A stretch of DNA of 64,000 nucleotides from Escherichia coli (GTDB lineage: Bacteria; Pseudomonadota; Gammaproteobacteria; Enterobacterales; Enterobacteriaceae): assembly GCF_041886205.1 (NCBI RefSeq), contig NZ_CP169030.1. One strand, given 5' to 3'. This document shows positions 43,767-54,463 of the stretch, one piece after another. Position numbers and translations under genes: made by a program. Under the pieces are notes generated by a model. It worked only from the letters and a program-made list of their open reading frames with translations. It was not told where the DNA came from and made no database searches. The stretch's first letter is position 1; each line of letters starts with the position of its first letter.

Positions 43767-45446
43767 ATGGCGACGGACACCCCACGGATTCCAGAACAAG
43801 GCGTGGCCACTCTGCCTGATGAGGCTTGGGAGCGTGCGCGCCGTCGTGCGGAGATCATCAGTCCGTTGGCGCAGTCGGAGACGGTCGGGCACGAAGCGGC
43901 CGATATGGCGGCTCAGGCGCTGGGCTTGTCTCGGCGCCAGGTATACGTTCTGATCCGGCGTGCCCGGCAAGGCAGCGGCCTCGTGACGGATCTGGTGCCC
44001 GGCCAGTCCGGTGGAGGTAAAGGTAAGGGGCGCTTGCCGGAACCGGTCGAGCGCGTCATCCACGAGCTACTGCAAAAGCGGTTCCTGACCAAGCAGAAGC
44101 GCAGCCTAGCGGCCTTTCACCGCGAAGTCACTCAGGTGTGCAAGGCTCAAAAACTGCGAGTGCCGGCGCGCAATACCGTGGCCTTACGGATCGCTAGCCT
44201 TGACCCGCGCAAGGTCATCCGCCGGCGGGAAGGCCAGGATGCCGCTCGTGACCTACAAGGTGTGGGCGGCGAGCCTCCTGCCGTGACCGCGCCGCTGGAG
44301 CAGGTGCAGATAGACCATACGGTCATCGACCTGATCGTGGTCGATGACCGCGACCGGCAACCTATTGGCCGCCCGTACCTGACCCTCGCCATCGACGTGT
44401 TCACCCGCTGCGTGCTCGGCATGGTCGTCACGCTGGAAGCGCCGTCTGCCGTTTCGGTTGGCCTGTGCCTCGTGCATGTCGCCTGCGACAAGCGCCCTTG
44501 GCTGGAAGGACTGAACGTGGAAATGGATTGGCAGATGAGCGGCAAGCCCTTGCTGCTCTACCTAGACAACGCGGCCGAGTTCAAGAGCGAGGCCCTGCGC
44601 CGGGGTTGCGAGCAGCATGGCATCCGGCTGGACTATCGCCCGCTGGGACAGCCGCACTATGGCGGCATCGTGGAACGGATCATCGGCACGGCGATGCAGA
44701 TGATTCACGACGAACTGCCGGGAACGACCTTCTCCAACCCTGACCAGCGCGGCGACTACGATTCCGAAAACAAGGCCGCCCTGACGCTGCGCGAGCTAGA
44801 GCGCTGGCTCACATTGGCGGTCGGCACCTACCACGGTTCGGTGCACAACGGCCTGCTCCAACCGCCGGCCGCGCGCTGGGCCGAGGCCGTGGCGCGTGTC
44901 GGCGTACCGGCCGTCGTCACACGCGCTACTTCGTTCCTGGTCGATTTTCTGCCGATCCTCCGGCGCACGCTGACCCGCACCGGCTTTGTCATCGACCACA
45001 TCCACTACTACGCCGATGCGCTCAAGCCGTGGATTGCGCGGCGTGAACGCTGGCCGTCCTTTCTGATCCGGCGCGATCCGCGCGACATCAGCCGTATCTG
45101 GGTCCTGGAACCGGAGGGACAGCATTACCTGGAAATTCCCTACCGTACCTTGTCGCATCCGGCTGTCACCCTCTGGGAACAACGGCAGGCGCTGGCGAAA
45201 CTGCGGCAGCAAGGGCGCGAACAGGTGGATGAGTCGGCGCTGTTCCGCATGATCGGCCAGATGCGTGAGATTGTGACCAGCGCGCAGAAGGCCACACGCA
45301 AGGCGCGGCGTGACGCGGATCGCCGCCAGCACCTCAAGACATCAGCTCGGCCGGACAAGCCCGTTCCGCCGGATACGGATATTGCCGACCCGCAGGCAGA
45401 CAACTTGCCACCCGCCAAACCGTTCGACCAGATTGAGGAGTGGTAG
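43767..45446 (+). CDS. tniA: TniA transposase (DDE)
   Basis: 559 aa starting MATDTPRIPEQG, as recalled for Tn402 TniA. Confidence 0.85.
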   Translation: MATDTPRIPEQGVATLPDEAWERARRRAEIISPLAQSETVGHEAADMAAQALGLSRRQVYVLIRRARQGSGLVTDLVPGQSGGGKGKGRLPEPVERVIHELLQKRFLTKQKRSLAAFHREVTQVCKAQKLRVPARNTVALRIASLDPRKVIRRREGQDAARDLQGVGGEPPAVTAPLEQVQIDHTVIDLIVVDDRDRQPIGRPYLTLAIDVFTRCVLGMVVTLEAPSAVSVGLCLVHVACDKRPWLEGLNVEMDWQMSGKPLLLYLDNAAEFKSEALRRGCEQHGIRLDYRPLGQPHYGGIVERIIGTAMQMIHDELPGTTFSNPDQRGDYDSENKAALTLRELERWLTLAVGTYHGSVHNGLLQPPAARWAEAVARVGVPAVVTRATSFLVDFLPILRRTLTRTGFVIDHIHYYADALKPWIARRERWPSFLIRRDPRDISRIWVLEPEGQHYLEIPYRTLSHPAVTLWEQRQALAKLRQQGREQVDESALFRMIGQMREIVTSAQKATRKARRDADRRQHLKTSARPDKPVPPDTDIADPQADNLPPAKPFDQIEEW

Positions 45447-46357
45447 CCGTGGACGAATATCCCATCATCGACCTGTCCCACCTGCTGCCGGCGGCCCAGG
45501 GCTTGGCCCGTCTTCCGGCGGACGAGCGCATCCAGCGCCTTCGCGCCGACCGCTGGATCGGCTATCCGCGCGCAGTCGAGGCGCTGAACCGGCTGGAAGC
45601 CCTTTATGCGTGGCCAAACAAGCAACGCATGCCCAACCTGCTGCTGGTTGGCCCGACCAACAATGGCAAGTCGATGATCGTCGAGAAGTTCCGCCGCACC
45701 CACCCGGCCAGCTCCGACGCCGACCAGGAGCACATCCCGGTGTTGGTCGTGCAGATGCCGTCCGAGCCGTCCGTGATCCGCTTCTACGTCGCGCTGCTCG
45801 CCGCGATGGGCGCGCCGCTGCGCCCACGCCCACGGTTGCCGGAAATGGAGCAACTGGCTCTGGCACTGCTGCGCAAGGTCGGCGTGCGCATGCTGGTGAT
45901 CGACGAGCTGCACAACGTGCTGGCCGGCAACAGCGTCAACCGCCGGGAATTCCTCAACCTGCTGCGCTTCCTCGGCAACGAACTGCGCATCCCGTTGGTT
46001 GGGGTAGGCACGCGCGACGCCTACCTAGCCATCCGCTCCGATGACCAGTTGGAAAATCGCTTCGAGCCGATGATGCTGCCGGTATGGGAGGCCAACGACG
46101 ATTGCTGCTCACTGCTGGCCAGCTTCGCCGCTTCGCTCCCGCTGCGCCGGCCTTCCCCAATTGCCACGCTGGACATGGCTCGCTACCTGCTCACACGCAG
46201 CGAGGGCACCATAGGGGAACTGGCGCACTTGCTGATGGCGGCGGCCATCGTCGCCGTGGAGAGCGGCGAGGAAGCGATCAACCATCGCACACTCAGCATG
46301 GCCGTTTACACCGGACCCAGCGAGCGGCGGCGGCAATTCGAGCGGGAACTGATGTGA
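45440..46357 (+). CDS. tniB: TniB ATP-binding protein
   Basis: Walker A GPTNNGKS; exact start codon uncertain. Confidence 0.8.
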   Translation: MVAVDEYPIIDLSHLLPAAQGLARLPADERIQRLRADRWIGYPRAVEALNRLEALYAWPNKQRMPNLLLVGPTNNGKSMIVEKFRRTHPASSDADQEHIPVLVVQMPSEPSVIRFYVALLAAMGAPLRPRPRLPEMEQLALALLRKVGVRMLVIDELHNVLAGNSVNRREFLNLLRFLGNELRIPLVGVGTRDAYLAIRSDDQLENRFEPMMLPVWEANDDCCSLLASFAASLPLRRPSPIATLDMARYLLTRSEGTIGELAHLLMAAAIVAVESGEEAINHRTLSMAVYTGPSERRRQFERELM

Positions 46358-47571
46358 AGCCTGCGCCGCGCTGGCCGCTGCATCCCGCCCCGAAAGAAGG
46401 CGAGGCGCTGTCCTCATGGCTCAACCGCGTGGCCCTTTGCTATCACATGGAGGAGCCCGACCTGCTGGAGCACGATCTTGGTCACGGCCAGGTCGATGAC
46501 CTGGACACCGCGCCACCACTCTCGCTGCTGGCGTTGCTTTCCCAGCGGAGCGGCATCGAGCTGGACCGGCTGCGCTGTATGAGTTTCGCCGGATGGGTGC
46601 CTTGGCTACTGGACAGCCTTGATGACCAGATTCCAGACGCCTTGGAAACCTATGCGTTTCAGCTCTCGGTGTTGCTGCCAAGACTCCGCCGTAAGACGCG
46701 ATCCATCACGAGCTGGCGTGCCTGGCTGCCCAGCCAGCCGATAAACCGCGCCTGTCCGCTCTGCCTGAGCGATCCGGAGAACCAAGCCGTACTGCTCGCG
46801 TGGAAGCTGCCCCTGATGCTGAGCTGCCCGCTGCATGGCTGCTGGCTGGAATCCTATTGGGGCGTGCCAGGGCGGTTTCTCGGCTGGGAGAACGCCGACG
46901 CCGAACCGCGCACCGCCAGCGACGCGATTGCGGCGATGGACCAGCGTACCTGGCAGGCACTGACAACCGGTCACGTGGAGCTGCCGCGCCGACGCATCCA
47001 CGCCGGATTGTGGTTTCGACTTCTTCGCACGCTGCTCGATGAGCTGAACACCCCGCTTTCCGCGTGCGGAACCTGCGCGGGGTATCCCCGCCAAGTCTGG
47101 GAAGGCTGCGGGCATCCGCTGCGTGCTGGGCAAAGTCTGTGGCGACCGTATGAAACCCTGAATCCGATAGTACGGTTACAGATGCTGGAGGCGGCGGCAA
47201 CGGCAATCAGCTTGATTGAGGTGAGGGACATCAGCCCGCCAGGCGAGCAGGCAAAGCTATTCTGGTCCGAGCCCCAAACCGGGTTCACCAGTGGCCTGCC
47301 GACGAAAGCGCCGAAGCCCGAGCCCATCAATCACTGGCAGCGTGCAGTCCAGGCCATCGACGAGGCCATCATTGAAGCGCGACACAACCCCGAGACGGCA
47401 CGCTCGCTGTTCGCGTTGGCTTCCTATGGTCGGCGCGATCCCGCTTCCTTGGAACGGTTGCGCGCCACCTTCGTGAAGGAAGGCATCCCGCCGGAATTTC
47501 TGTCACATTACCTGCCTGATGCACCCTTTGCATGTCTTAAACAAAATGACGGGTTAAGTGACAAATTTTGA
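46354..47571 (+). CDS. tniQ: TniQ
   Basis: 405 aa from GTG at 46354; ORF-track extension from 46084 judged spurious. Confidence 0.75.
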   Translation: MKPAPRWPLHPAPKEGEALSSWLNRVALCYHMEEPDLLEHDLGHGQVDDLDTAPPLSLLALLSQRSGIELDRLRCMSFAGWVPWLLDSLDDQIPDALETYAFQLSVLLPRLRRKTRSITSWRAWLPSQPINRACPLCLSDPENQAVLLAWKLPLMLSCPLHGCWLESYWGVPGRFLGWENADAEPRTASDAIAAMDQRTWQALTTGHVELPRRRIHAGLWFRLLRTLLDELNTPLSACGTCAGYPRQVWEGCGHPLRAGQSLWRPYETLNPIVRLQMLEAAATAISLIEVRDISPPGEQAKLFWSEPQTGFTSGLPTKAPKPEPINHWQRAVQAIDEAIIEARHNPETARSLFALASYGRRDPASLERLRATFVKEGIPPEFLSHYLPDAPFACLKQNDGLSDKF

Positions 47572-47617
47572 CGGATAGAGCTTTCCGGCTCACACTGTCA
47601 CATAATCGAACGTATAC

Positions 47618-48256
47618 GTGACGGGTGAAAAGGTGCTGATCGGCTACATGCGGGTATCGAAGGCGGACGGATCCCAGTCCACCAATTTGCAACGCGATGC
47701 GCTCATCGCCGCTGGTGTGAGCCTTGCGCACCTTTACGAGGATCTGGCCTCGGGCAGGCGCGATGATCGCCCAGGGTTGGCTGCTTGCCTGAAGGCGCTT
47801 CGTGAAGGGGACACGCTGATCGTGTGGAAGCTCGATCGGCTTGGCCGTGATCTGCGCCACCTGATCAACACCGTGCACGACCTAACTGCGCGTAGCGTGG
47901 GCCTGAAGGTCCTGACCGGTCACGGTGCGGCGGTCGACACGACGACTGCCGCCGGCAAGCTTGTGTTCGGTATTTTTGCCGCGCTGGCCGAGTTCGAGCG
48001 TGAGTTGATTTCCGAGCGAACAGTCGCTGGACTTATCTCGGCGCGCGCTCGCGGCAGGAAAGGGGGGCGCCCCTTCAAGATGACCGCCGCCAAGCTACGC
48101 CTGGCGATGGCCAGCATGGGGCAACCGGAAACCAAGGTGGGCGATCTCTGCGAAGAACTCGGGATTACCCGGCAGACGCTCTACCGGCACGTGTCGCCCA
48201 AGGGCGAACTGCGGCCAGACGGCGTAAAGCTGCTCTCCCTCGGTTCAGCCGCATAA
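47618..48256 (+). CDS. tniR: TniR (TniC) serine resolvase
   Basis: 212 aa; N-terminal LIGYMRVSKADGSQ serine-recombinase motif. Confidence 0.8.
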   Translation: MTGEKVLIGYMRVSKADGSQSTNLQRDALIAAGVSLAHLYEDLASGRRDDRPGLAACLKALREGDTLIVWKLDRLGRDLRHLINTVHDLTARSVGLKVLTGHGAAVDTTTAAGKLVFGIFAALAEFERELISERTVAGLISARARGRKGGRPFKMTAAKLRLAMASMGQPETKVGDLCEELGITRQTLYRHVSPKGELRPDGVKLLSLGSAA

Positions 48257-48460
48257 ATGGAGGCGACCTGGAACGGGGCGCTGTTCAGTGCGGCAACGAT
48301 CCGATTACCGGTGTCGACCCAGAGCAGCCGTAGAGCTTTTGGGAAAGCTGTCGTTCAACGTTTGACGTGAGGGGCCGCCGTAGCGGCGAAGCCGCGAAGG
48401 GAACCCGCAAGCGCAGCTTGTGGGCGGTCCCTCTCGACGGAATGGTTAGATGCGACCGTT

Positions 48461-48793
48461 TTAGTGAACACTTGCCTTAGATAGCAAGTTGAGCACAGCA
48501 ACGCCGCTGATAATGAAGCCGACACCAACAAATCCCCACATATCTAGTTTTTGACCATGCAAAACCCATGCAATCGCAGTGACCAAGACGATCCCGAGGC
48601 CCGACCAAACTGCGTAGGCGATTCCAACAGGAATCGATTTGAGTGTCAGCGACAGGAAATAAAAAGCAGCAGCGTATCCCGCTACGACGATAAAAGACGG
48701 TACTAACCTAGTAAAGCCCTCACTAGACTTGAGCGCAGAGGTTGCAATGACCTCAAAAATAATGGCCGTAGCCAGAAATAACCAATTTTTCAA
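48461..48793 (-). CDS. qac: SMR-family quaternary-ammonium efflux protein on a gene cassette (qacE-related, full length)
   Basis: 110 aa (TTG start) immediately downstream of attI1; intact SMR C-terminus ...[10 protein letters not shown] rather than the qacEdelta1 tail. Confidence 0.75.
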   Translation of the reverse strand: MKNWLFLATAIIFEVIATSALKSSEGFTRLVPSFIVVAGYAAAFYFLSLTLKSIPVGIAYAVWSGLGIVLVTAIAWVLHGQKLDMWGFVGVGFIISGVAVLNLLSKASVH

Positions 48794-48895
48794 AATATTT
48801 CTCCATGGAGTTCCGCGAAGAAATTTTAGGTTCGATTTAAGAAAAAAAACAGTCTTGTTGCTGGCCGAAATTTGTGCGCACAGCAAAGCATCTAA

Positions 48896-48960
48896 CTTTG
48901 TTTTAGGGCGACTGCCCTGCTGCGTAACATCGTTGCTGCTCCATAACATCAAACATCGAC
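48896..48960 (-). promoter_or_regulatory. attI1 integron recombination site (copy 1, intact)
   Basis: GCCCTAAAACAAAG|TTA junction read on minus strand at 48893-48909. Confidence 0.65.
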
Positions 48961-49031
48961 CCACGGCGTAACGCGCTTGCTGCTTGGATGCCCGAGGCAT
49001 AGACTGTACAAAAAAACAGTCATAACAAGCC

Positions 49032-50045
49032 ATGAAAACCGCCACTGCGCCGTTACCACCGCTGCGTTCGGTCAAGGTTCTGGACCAGTTGCGTGAGCGC
49101 ATACGCTACTTGCATTACAGTTTACGAACCGAACAGGCTTATGTCCACTGGGTTCGTGCCTTCATCCGTTTCCACGGTGTGCGTCACCCGGCAACCTTGG
49201 GCAGCAGCGAAGTCGAGGCATTTCTGTCCTGGCTGGCGAACGAGCGCAAGGTTTCGGTCTCCACGCATCGTCAGGCATTGGCGGCCTTGCTGTTCTTCTA
49301 CGGCAAGGTGCTGTGCACGGATCTGCCCTGGCTTCAGGAGATCGGAAGACCTCGGCCGTCGCGGCGCTTGCCGGTGGTGCTGACCCCGGATGAAGTGGTT
49401 CGCATCCTCGGTTTTCTGGAAGGCGAGCATCGTTTGTTCGCCCAGCTTCTGTATGGAACGGGCATGCGGATCAGTGAGGGTTTGCAACTGCGGGTCAAGG
49501 ATCTGGATTTCGATCACGGCACGATCATCGTGCGGGAGGGCAAGGGCTCCAAGGATCGGGCCTTGATGTTACCCGAGAGCTTGGCACCCAGCCTGCGCGA
49601 GCAGCTGTCGCGTGCACGGGCATGGTGGCTGAAGGACCAGGCCGAGGGCCGCAGCGGCGTTGCGCTTCCCGACGCCCTTGAGCGGAAGTATCCGCGCGCC
49701 GGGCATTCCTGGCCGTGGTTCTGGGTTTTTGCGCAGCACACGCATTCGACCGATCCACGGAGCGGTGTCGTGCGTCGCCATCACATGTATGACCAGACCT
49801 TTCAGCGCGCCTTCAAACGTGCCGTAGAACAAGCAGGCATCACGAAGCCCGCCACACCGCACACCCTCCGCCACTCGTTCGCGACGGCCTTGCTCCGCAG
49901 CGGTTACGACATTCGAACCGTGCAGGATCTGCTCGGCCATTCCGACGTCTCTACGACGATGATTTACACGCATGTGCTGAAAGTTGGCGGTGCCGGAGTG
50001 CGCTCACCGCTTGATGCGCTGCCGCCCCTCACTAGTGAGAGGTAG
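49032..50045 (+). CDS. intI1: class 1 integron integrase IntI1 (copy 1)
   Basis: 337 aa; matches recalled IntI1 sequence. Confidence 0.95.
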
Positions 50046-50222
50046 GGCAGCGCAAGTCAATCCTGGCGGATTCACTACCCCTGCGCGAAGGCCATCGGTG
50101 CCGCATCGAACGGCCGGTTGCGGAAAGTCCTCCCTGCGTCCGCTGATGGCCGGCAGCAGCCCGTCGTTGCCTGATGGATCCAACCCCTCCGCTGCTATAG
50201 TGCAGTCGGCTTCTGACGTTCA

Positions 50223-50247
50223 GTGCAGCCGTCTTCTGAAAACGACA
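50223..50247 (+). repeat. Tn402 IRi (internal copy)
   Basis: GTGCAGCCGTCTTCTGAAAACGACA read directly. Confidence 0.85.
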
Positions 50248-50329
50248 TTTGAACCGGGAACCTTCCCTTTTTGGCTAGGCGTGAAACAATGGTCATTTTC
50301 CCTATACCCAAAATGACCAGGAGGCCCGC

Positions 50330-50407
50330 ATGAAAGTCGCACGCATCTACCTGCGCGTGAGCACGGAGGAACAAGACCTAAGCCGGCAGGATGCCATCGT
50401 GGAGAGC
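50330..50407 (+). pseudogene. 5' fragment of a serine resolvase gene (MKVARIYLRVSTEEQDLSRQDAIVES), truncated by the 88-bp repeat
   Basis: 26 codons with serine-recombinase N-terminal motif, then abrupt junction. Confidence 0.5.
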
Positions 50408-50495
50408 TTAAATAAGACCGTCCCGTAAATTTCAGCCGAATCCGACAAAAAGGCGTGAAGATTTCCTTTAAATAGAGAGACCGAAGGTCATCCTT
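50408..50495 (+). repeat. 88-bp direct repeat flanking the tet(M) segment, copy 1
   Basis: TTAAATAAGACCGTCCCGTAAATTTCAGCCGAATCCGACAAAAAGGCGTGAAGATTTCCTTTAAATAGAGAGACCGAAGGTCATCCTT; identical at 52999-53086. Confidence 0.85.
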
Positions 50496-50968
50496 TTCCT
50501 AAAAAAGGGGGGGGCCATGGTTCCAAGATGTAAAATCGAGGGCTAATTCAGGCTATACTTGAACTATCCTTAATGGAATCTTTAGCCAGCGGTATCAACG
50601 AAGCAAGAAACATCGAAGACTAATTAAAAGAATCCATACATAACGGAAAGAGCCGATAAAATGAGATTGTATTAATCTCATTTTATCGGCTCTGCGTCTT
50701 TGCGTCTGGCTCTGTAATCGCAGTTACTTTGAACTGCTTTATTTCAATTAAATTTTCTTGTCTGCATTTCGGACAATAGAGGGGGAATTTTTTTAATTCA
50801 GTATCTTCCCTTATCTTTAATCGTGTTTTATTTCCACATACAGGACACAATATCCACTTGTAGTTTATAATAACTATCTCCTCCTTTACACTTTAATTCA
50901 AATCTTTATTAAAAAATATTTCATCTTATTTAACAAGAAACCATATTTATATAACAACATAAAATACA

Positions 50969-52888
50969 CTAAGTTATTTTATTGAACATATATCGTACTT
51001 TATCTATCCGACTATTTGGACGACGGGGCTGGCAAACAGGTTCACCGGTAGTAACATGGTACCCTTTTAACTCTGTTAAACAAACACTACGTCCATTTGT
51101 AAAGAAAGTTAAATCACTACGATATTCTTGAATACACCGAGCAGGGATTTCTCCACTAAGAATGACCTCATTATTTTTCAATTGAGTGTCTACGATGTTC
51201 GCACAATATTTAGGAGCATCGTTGTATGCTCGTGAAAGATATTCCTGTGGCGCATAAATTTTAAAACTAAGATATGGCTCTAACAATTCTGTTCCAGCTT
51301 TTTTTAAGACTTGTTCCAATACAATAGGAGCAAGCATCCGAAAATCTGCTGGGGTACTAACAGGGCTATAGTATAAGCCATACTTAAAACAGATTTTACA
51401 GTCCGTCACATTCCAACCATACAATCCTTGTTCACAGCCATAGCGTATCCCTTCCATAACTGCATTTTGAAATGATTGATTTAAGTATCCAAGAGAAACC
51501 GAGCTCTCATACTGCATTCCACTTCCCAACGGAAGCGGTGATACAGATAAACCAATGGAAGCCCAGAAAGGATTTGGCGGCACTTCGATGTGAATGGTAT
51601 ATTCTGCATTTTTTAACGGTCTCTCCATATAAATGACTGTAGGCTCTTTTAGTTCTATCTCCACATGATACTTTTCTTGCAACAGTGCACTAATCACTTC
51701 CATTTGTACTTTCCCTAAGAAAGAAAGTATAATTTCATGTGTCGTAGAATCCACGTAATATCGTAGAAGCGGATCACTATCTGAGATTTCCAAAAGGGCA
51801 TCAAGCAACATTTCTCTCTGTTCAGGTTTACTCGGTTCAACAGTTGTTTGTAGTAGAGGGTGCGGATTTTCAATCTTTTTTCTCTGTGGCAATAGTTTTG
51901 TATCTCCAAGAACACTATTTAACTTCAAAAACTCATTTTGCAAAATAACAATTTCCCCGGAATAAGCCTTATCGATTTTACATAATTCACCATTTATTGA
52001 AGTATACATTTCTGTAATTTTTATTTTTTCCTTTTCCGATATTCTAACCGAATCTCGCAAATGCAGTACGCCACTATAAAGACGTATATATGCAAGACGT
52101 TGTCTTTTTTTTGTATATTCAATTTTGAAAACATTTCCGCAAAGTTCAGACTGACCTCGATGTGTTGATGAATAAAATTTATTCGTAATCACTTCTATAA
52201 GGTTATCAATCCCTATATTGTTTTTTGCACTTCCATGATAAAGAGGGAACAGAGAACAATTCTGAAATCTTATGCTTTCCTCTTGTTCGAGTTCCAATGC
52301 TTCTAATGATTTACCGGACATATATTTCTCTAAAAGGTCATCGTTTCCCTCTATTACCGTATCCCATTGTTCAGATTCGGTAAAGTTCGTCACACACATA
52401 TTAGGATACAGTTCTACCTTCTGTTTGATTACAATTTCGGCAGAAAGTTTCTCTTTAATATCCTGATAAACCGTTGATAAATCAATTCCATTTTGGTCAA
52501 TCTTATTGATAAAAAAGATTGTGGGAATCCCCATTTTCCTAAGTGCATGAAATAATATACGAGTTTGTGCTTGTACGCCATCTTTTGCAGAAATCAGTAG
52601 AATTGCCCCATCTAAAACTGATAATGAACGATATACTTCTGCTAAGAAATCCATATGTCCTGGCGTGTCTATGATGTTCACCTTCGTATTTTCCCACTGA
52701 AAAGAGGTTATTCCTGTCTGAATTGTAATTCCTCTCTGACGTTCTAAAAGCGTATTATCCGTCCTCGTTGTACCTTTGTCCACGCTTCCTAATTCTGTAA
52801 TCGCTCCACTGTTATATAATAAGCTTTCTGTTAAGGTAGTTTTTCCCGCATCAACATGAGCTAAAACTCCAATATTAATAATTTTCAT
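50969..52888 (-). CDS. tet(M): Tet(M) ribosomal-protection tetracycline resistance protein
   Basis: 639 aa from [39 protein letters not shown]...; translational GTPase fold; very close to recalled Tet(M). Confidence 0.95.
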   Translation of the reverse strand: MKIINIGVLAHVDAGKTTLTESLLYNSGAITELGSVDKGTTRTDNTLLERQRGITIQTGITSFQWENTKVNIIDTPGHMDFLAEVYRSLSVLDGAILLISAKDGVQAQTRILFHALRKMGIPTIFFINKIDQNGIDLSTVYQDIKEKLSAEIVIKQKVELYPNMCVTNFTESEQWDTVIEGNDDLLEKYMSGKSLEALELEQEESIRFQNCSLFPLYHGSAKNNIGIDNLIEVITNKFYSSTHRGQSELCGNVFKIEYTKKRQRLAYIRLYSGVLHLRDSVRISEKEKIKITEMYTSINGELCKIDKAYSGEIVILQNEFLKLNSVLGDTKLLPQRKKIENPHPLLQTTVEPSKPEQREMLLDALLEISDSDPLLRYYVDSTTHEIILSFLGKVQMEVISALLQEKYHVEIELKEPTVIYMERPLKNAEYTIHIEVPPNPFWASIGLSVSPLPLGSGMQYESSVSLGYLNQSFQNAVMEGIRYGCEQGLYGWNVTDCKICFKYGLYYSPVSTPADFRMLAPIVLEQVLKKAGTELLEPYLSFKIYAPQEYLSRAYNDAPKYCANIVDTQLKNNEVILSGEIPARCIQEYRSDLTFFTNGRSVCLTELKGYHVTTGEPVCQPRRPNSRIDKVRYMFNKIT

Positions 52889-52903
52889 GTGATTTTCCTC
52901 CAT

Positions 52904-52990
52904 TCAAAAGCCCAAAAGGGCATAAAAATCCCAGTGATAAATACTCTTATCACTGGGATTTTTATGCATAACCATAGGCATACAAAGCAT
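52904..52990 (-). CDS. tet(M) leader peptide (Tn916 orf12-like attenuation leader)
   Basis: 28 codons MLCMPMVMHKNPSDKSIYHWDFYALLGF directly upstream of tet(M). Confidence 0.7.
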   Translation of the reverse strand: MLCMPMVMHKNPSDKSIYHWDFYALLGF

Positions 52991-52998
52991 ACAGATAT

Positions 52999-53086
52999 TT
53001 AAATAAGACCGTCCCGTAAATTTCAGCCGAATCCGACAAAAAGGCGTGAAGATTTCCTTTAAATAGAGAGACCGAAGGTCATCCTT
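52999..53086 (+). repeat. 88-bp direct repeat flanking the tet(M) segment, copy 2
   Basis: Identical to 50408-50495. Confidence 0.85.
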
Positions 53087-53131
53087 GAAGAAGGAGTCCT
53101 CGGTGAGATTCAGAATGCCGAACACCGTCAC
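53087..53131 (-). pseudogene. sul1: sul1 5' fragment (codons 2-16: VTVFGILNLTEDSFF) fused to truncated attI1
   Basis: Minus-strand GTGACGGTGTTCGGCATTCTGAATCTCACCGAGGACTCCTTCTTC matches recalled sul1 start; joined at ...CAGCAGG|GTGACGG. Confidence 0.7.
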
Positions 53132-53247
53132 CCTGCTGCGTAACATCGTTGCTGCTCCATAACATCAAACATCGACCCACGGCGTAACGCGCTTGCTGCT
53201 TGGATGCCCGAGGCATAGACTGTACAAAAAAACAGTCATAACAAGCC

Positions 53248-54261
53248 ATGAAAACCGCCACTGCGCCGTTACCACCGCTGCGTTCGGTCAAGGTTCTGGA
53301 CCAGTTGCGTGAGCGCATACGCTACTTGCATTACAGCTTACGAACCGAACAGGCTTATGTCCACTGGGTTCGTGCCTTCATCCGTTTCCACGGTGTGCGT
53401 CACCCGGCAACCTTGGGCAGCAGCGAAGTCGAGGCATTTCTGTCCTGGCTGGCGAACGAGCGCAAGGTTTCGGTCTCCACGCATCGTCAGGCATTGGCGG
53501 CCTTGCTGTTCTTCTACGGCAAGGTGCTGTGCACGGATCTGCCCTGGCTTCAGGAGATCGGAAGACCTCGGCCGTCGCGGCGCTTGCCGGTGGTGCTGAC
53601 CCCGGATGAAGTGGTTCGCATCCTCGGTTTTCTGGAAGGCGAGCATCGTTTGTTCGCCCAGCTTCTGTATGGAACGGGCATGCGGATCAGTGAGGGTTTG
53701 CAACTGCGGGTCAAGGATCTGGATTTCGATCACGGCACGATCATCGTGCGGGAGGGCAAGGGCTCCAAGGATCGGGCCTTGATGTTACCCGAGAGCTTGG
53801 CACCCAGCCTGCGCGAGCAGCTGTCGCGTGCACGGGCATGGTGGCTGAAGGACCAGGCCGAGGGCCGCAGCGGCGTTGCGCTTCCCGACGCCCTTGAGCG
53901 GAAGTATCCGCGCGCCGGGCATTCCTGGCCGTGGTTCTGGGTTTTTGCGCAGCACACGCATTCGACCGATCCACGGAGCGGTGTCGTGCGTCGCCATCAC
54001 ATGTATGACCAGACCTTTCAGCGCGCCTTCAAACGTGCCGTAGAACAAGCAGGCATCACGAAGCCCGCCACACCGCACACCCTCCGCCACTCGTTCGCGA
54101 CGGCCTTGCTCCGCAGCGGTTACGACATTCGAACCGTGCAGGATCTGCTCGGCCATTCCGACGTCTCTACGACGATGATTTACACGCATGTGCTGAAAGT
54201 TGGCGGTGCCGGAGTGCGCTCACCGCTTGATGCGCTGCCGCCCCTCACTAGTGAGAGGTAG
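53248..54261 (+). CDS. intI1: class 1 integron integrase IntI1 (copy 2)
   Basis: Identical 337-aa translation to copy 1; at least one silent nucleotide difference (49121 T vs 53337 C). Confidence 0.95.
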
Positions 54262-54438
54262 GGCAGCGCAAGTCAATCCTGGCGGATTCACTACCCCTGC
54301 GCGAAGGCCATCGGTGCCGCATCGAACGGCCGGTTGCGGAAAGTCCTCCCTGCGTCCGCTGATGGCCGGCAGCAGCCCGTCGTTGCCTGATGGATCCAAC
54401 CCCTCCGCTGCTATAGTGCAGTCGGCTTCTGACGTTCA

Positions 54439-54463
54439 GTGCAGCCGTCTTCTGAAAACGACA
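54439..54463 (+). repeat. Tn402 IRi (outer copy) followed by target duplication CGCCT
   Basis: Read directly. Confidence 0.85.

Larger units (their letters stand above)
43626..54463 (+). mobile_element. Tn402-like class 1 integron/transposon inserted in the res region of the Tn1722-like element; 5-bp target duplication CGCCT
   Basis: IRt at 43626-43650 and IRi at 54439-54463, each flanked externally by CGCCT (43621-43625 and 54464-54468). Confidence 0.85.

Noticed and set aside
46084-46353. Extended 5' start for tniQ giving a 495-aa product
   Set aside because: The extension overlaps tniB and is Arg/Gly-rich without homology; the GTG at 46354 gives the expected 405-aa TniQ
43826-47330. Numerous antisense or alternative-frame ORFs inside tniA, tniB and tniQ (for example 44147-44545, 45140-45913, 46606-47133)
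   Set aside because: High-GC DNA generates long spurious ORFs; the sense-strand genes have clear family matches and these do not
48461-49102. 213-aa ORF spanning the qac cassette through attI1 into the intI1 start region
   Set aside because: Read-through of the integron 5'-conserved segment; the real cassette gene is the 110-aa SMR protein (48461-48793)
50046-50329. ORF 49984-50316 downstream of intI1 copy 1 (and its twin 54200-54529)
   Set aside because: Lies in the integron 5'-conserved-segment end and IRi, and is not a known gene
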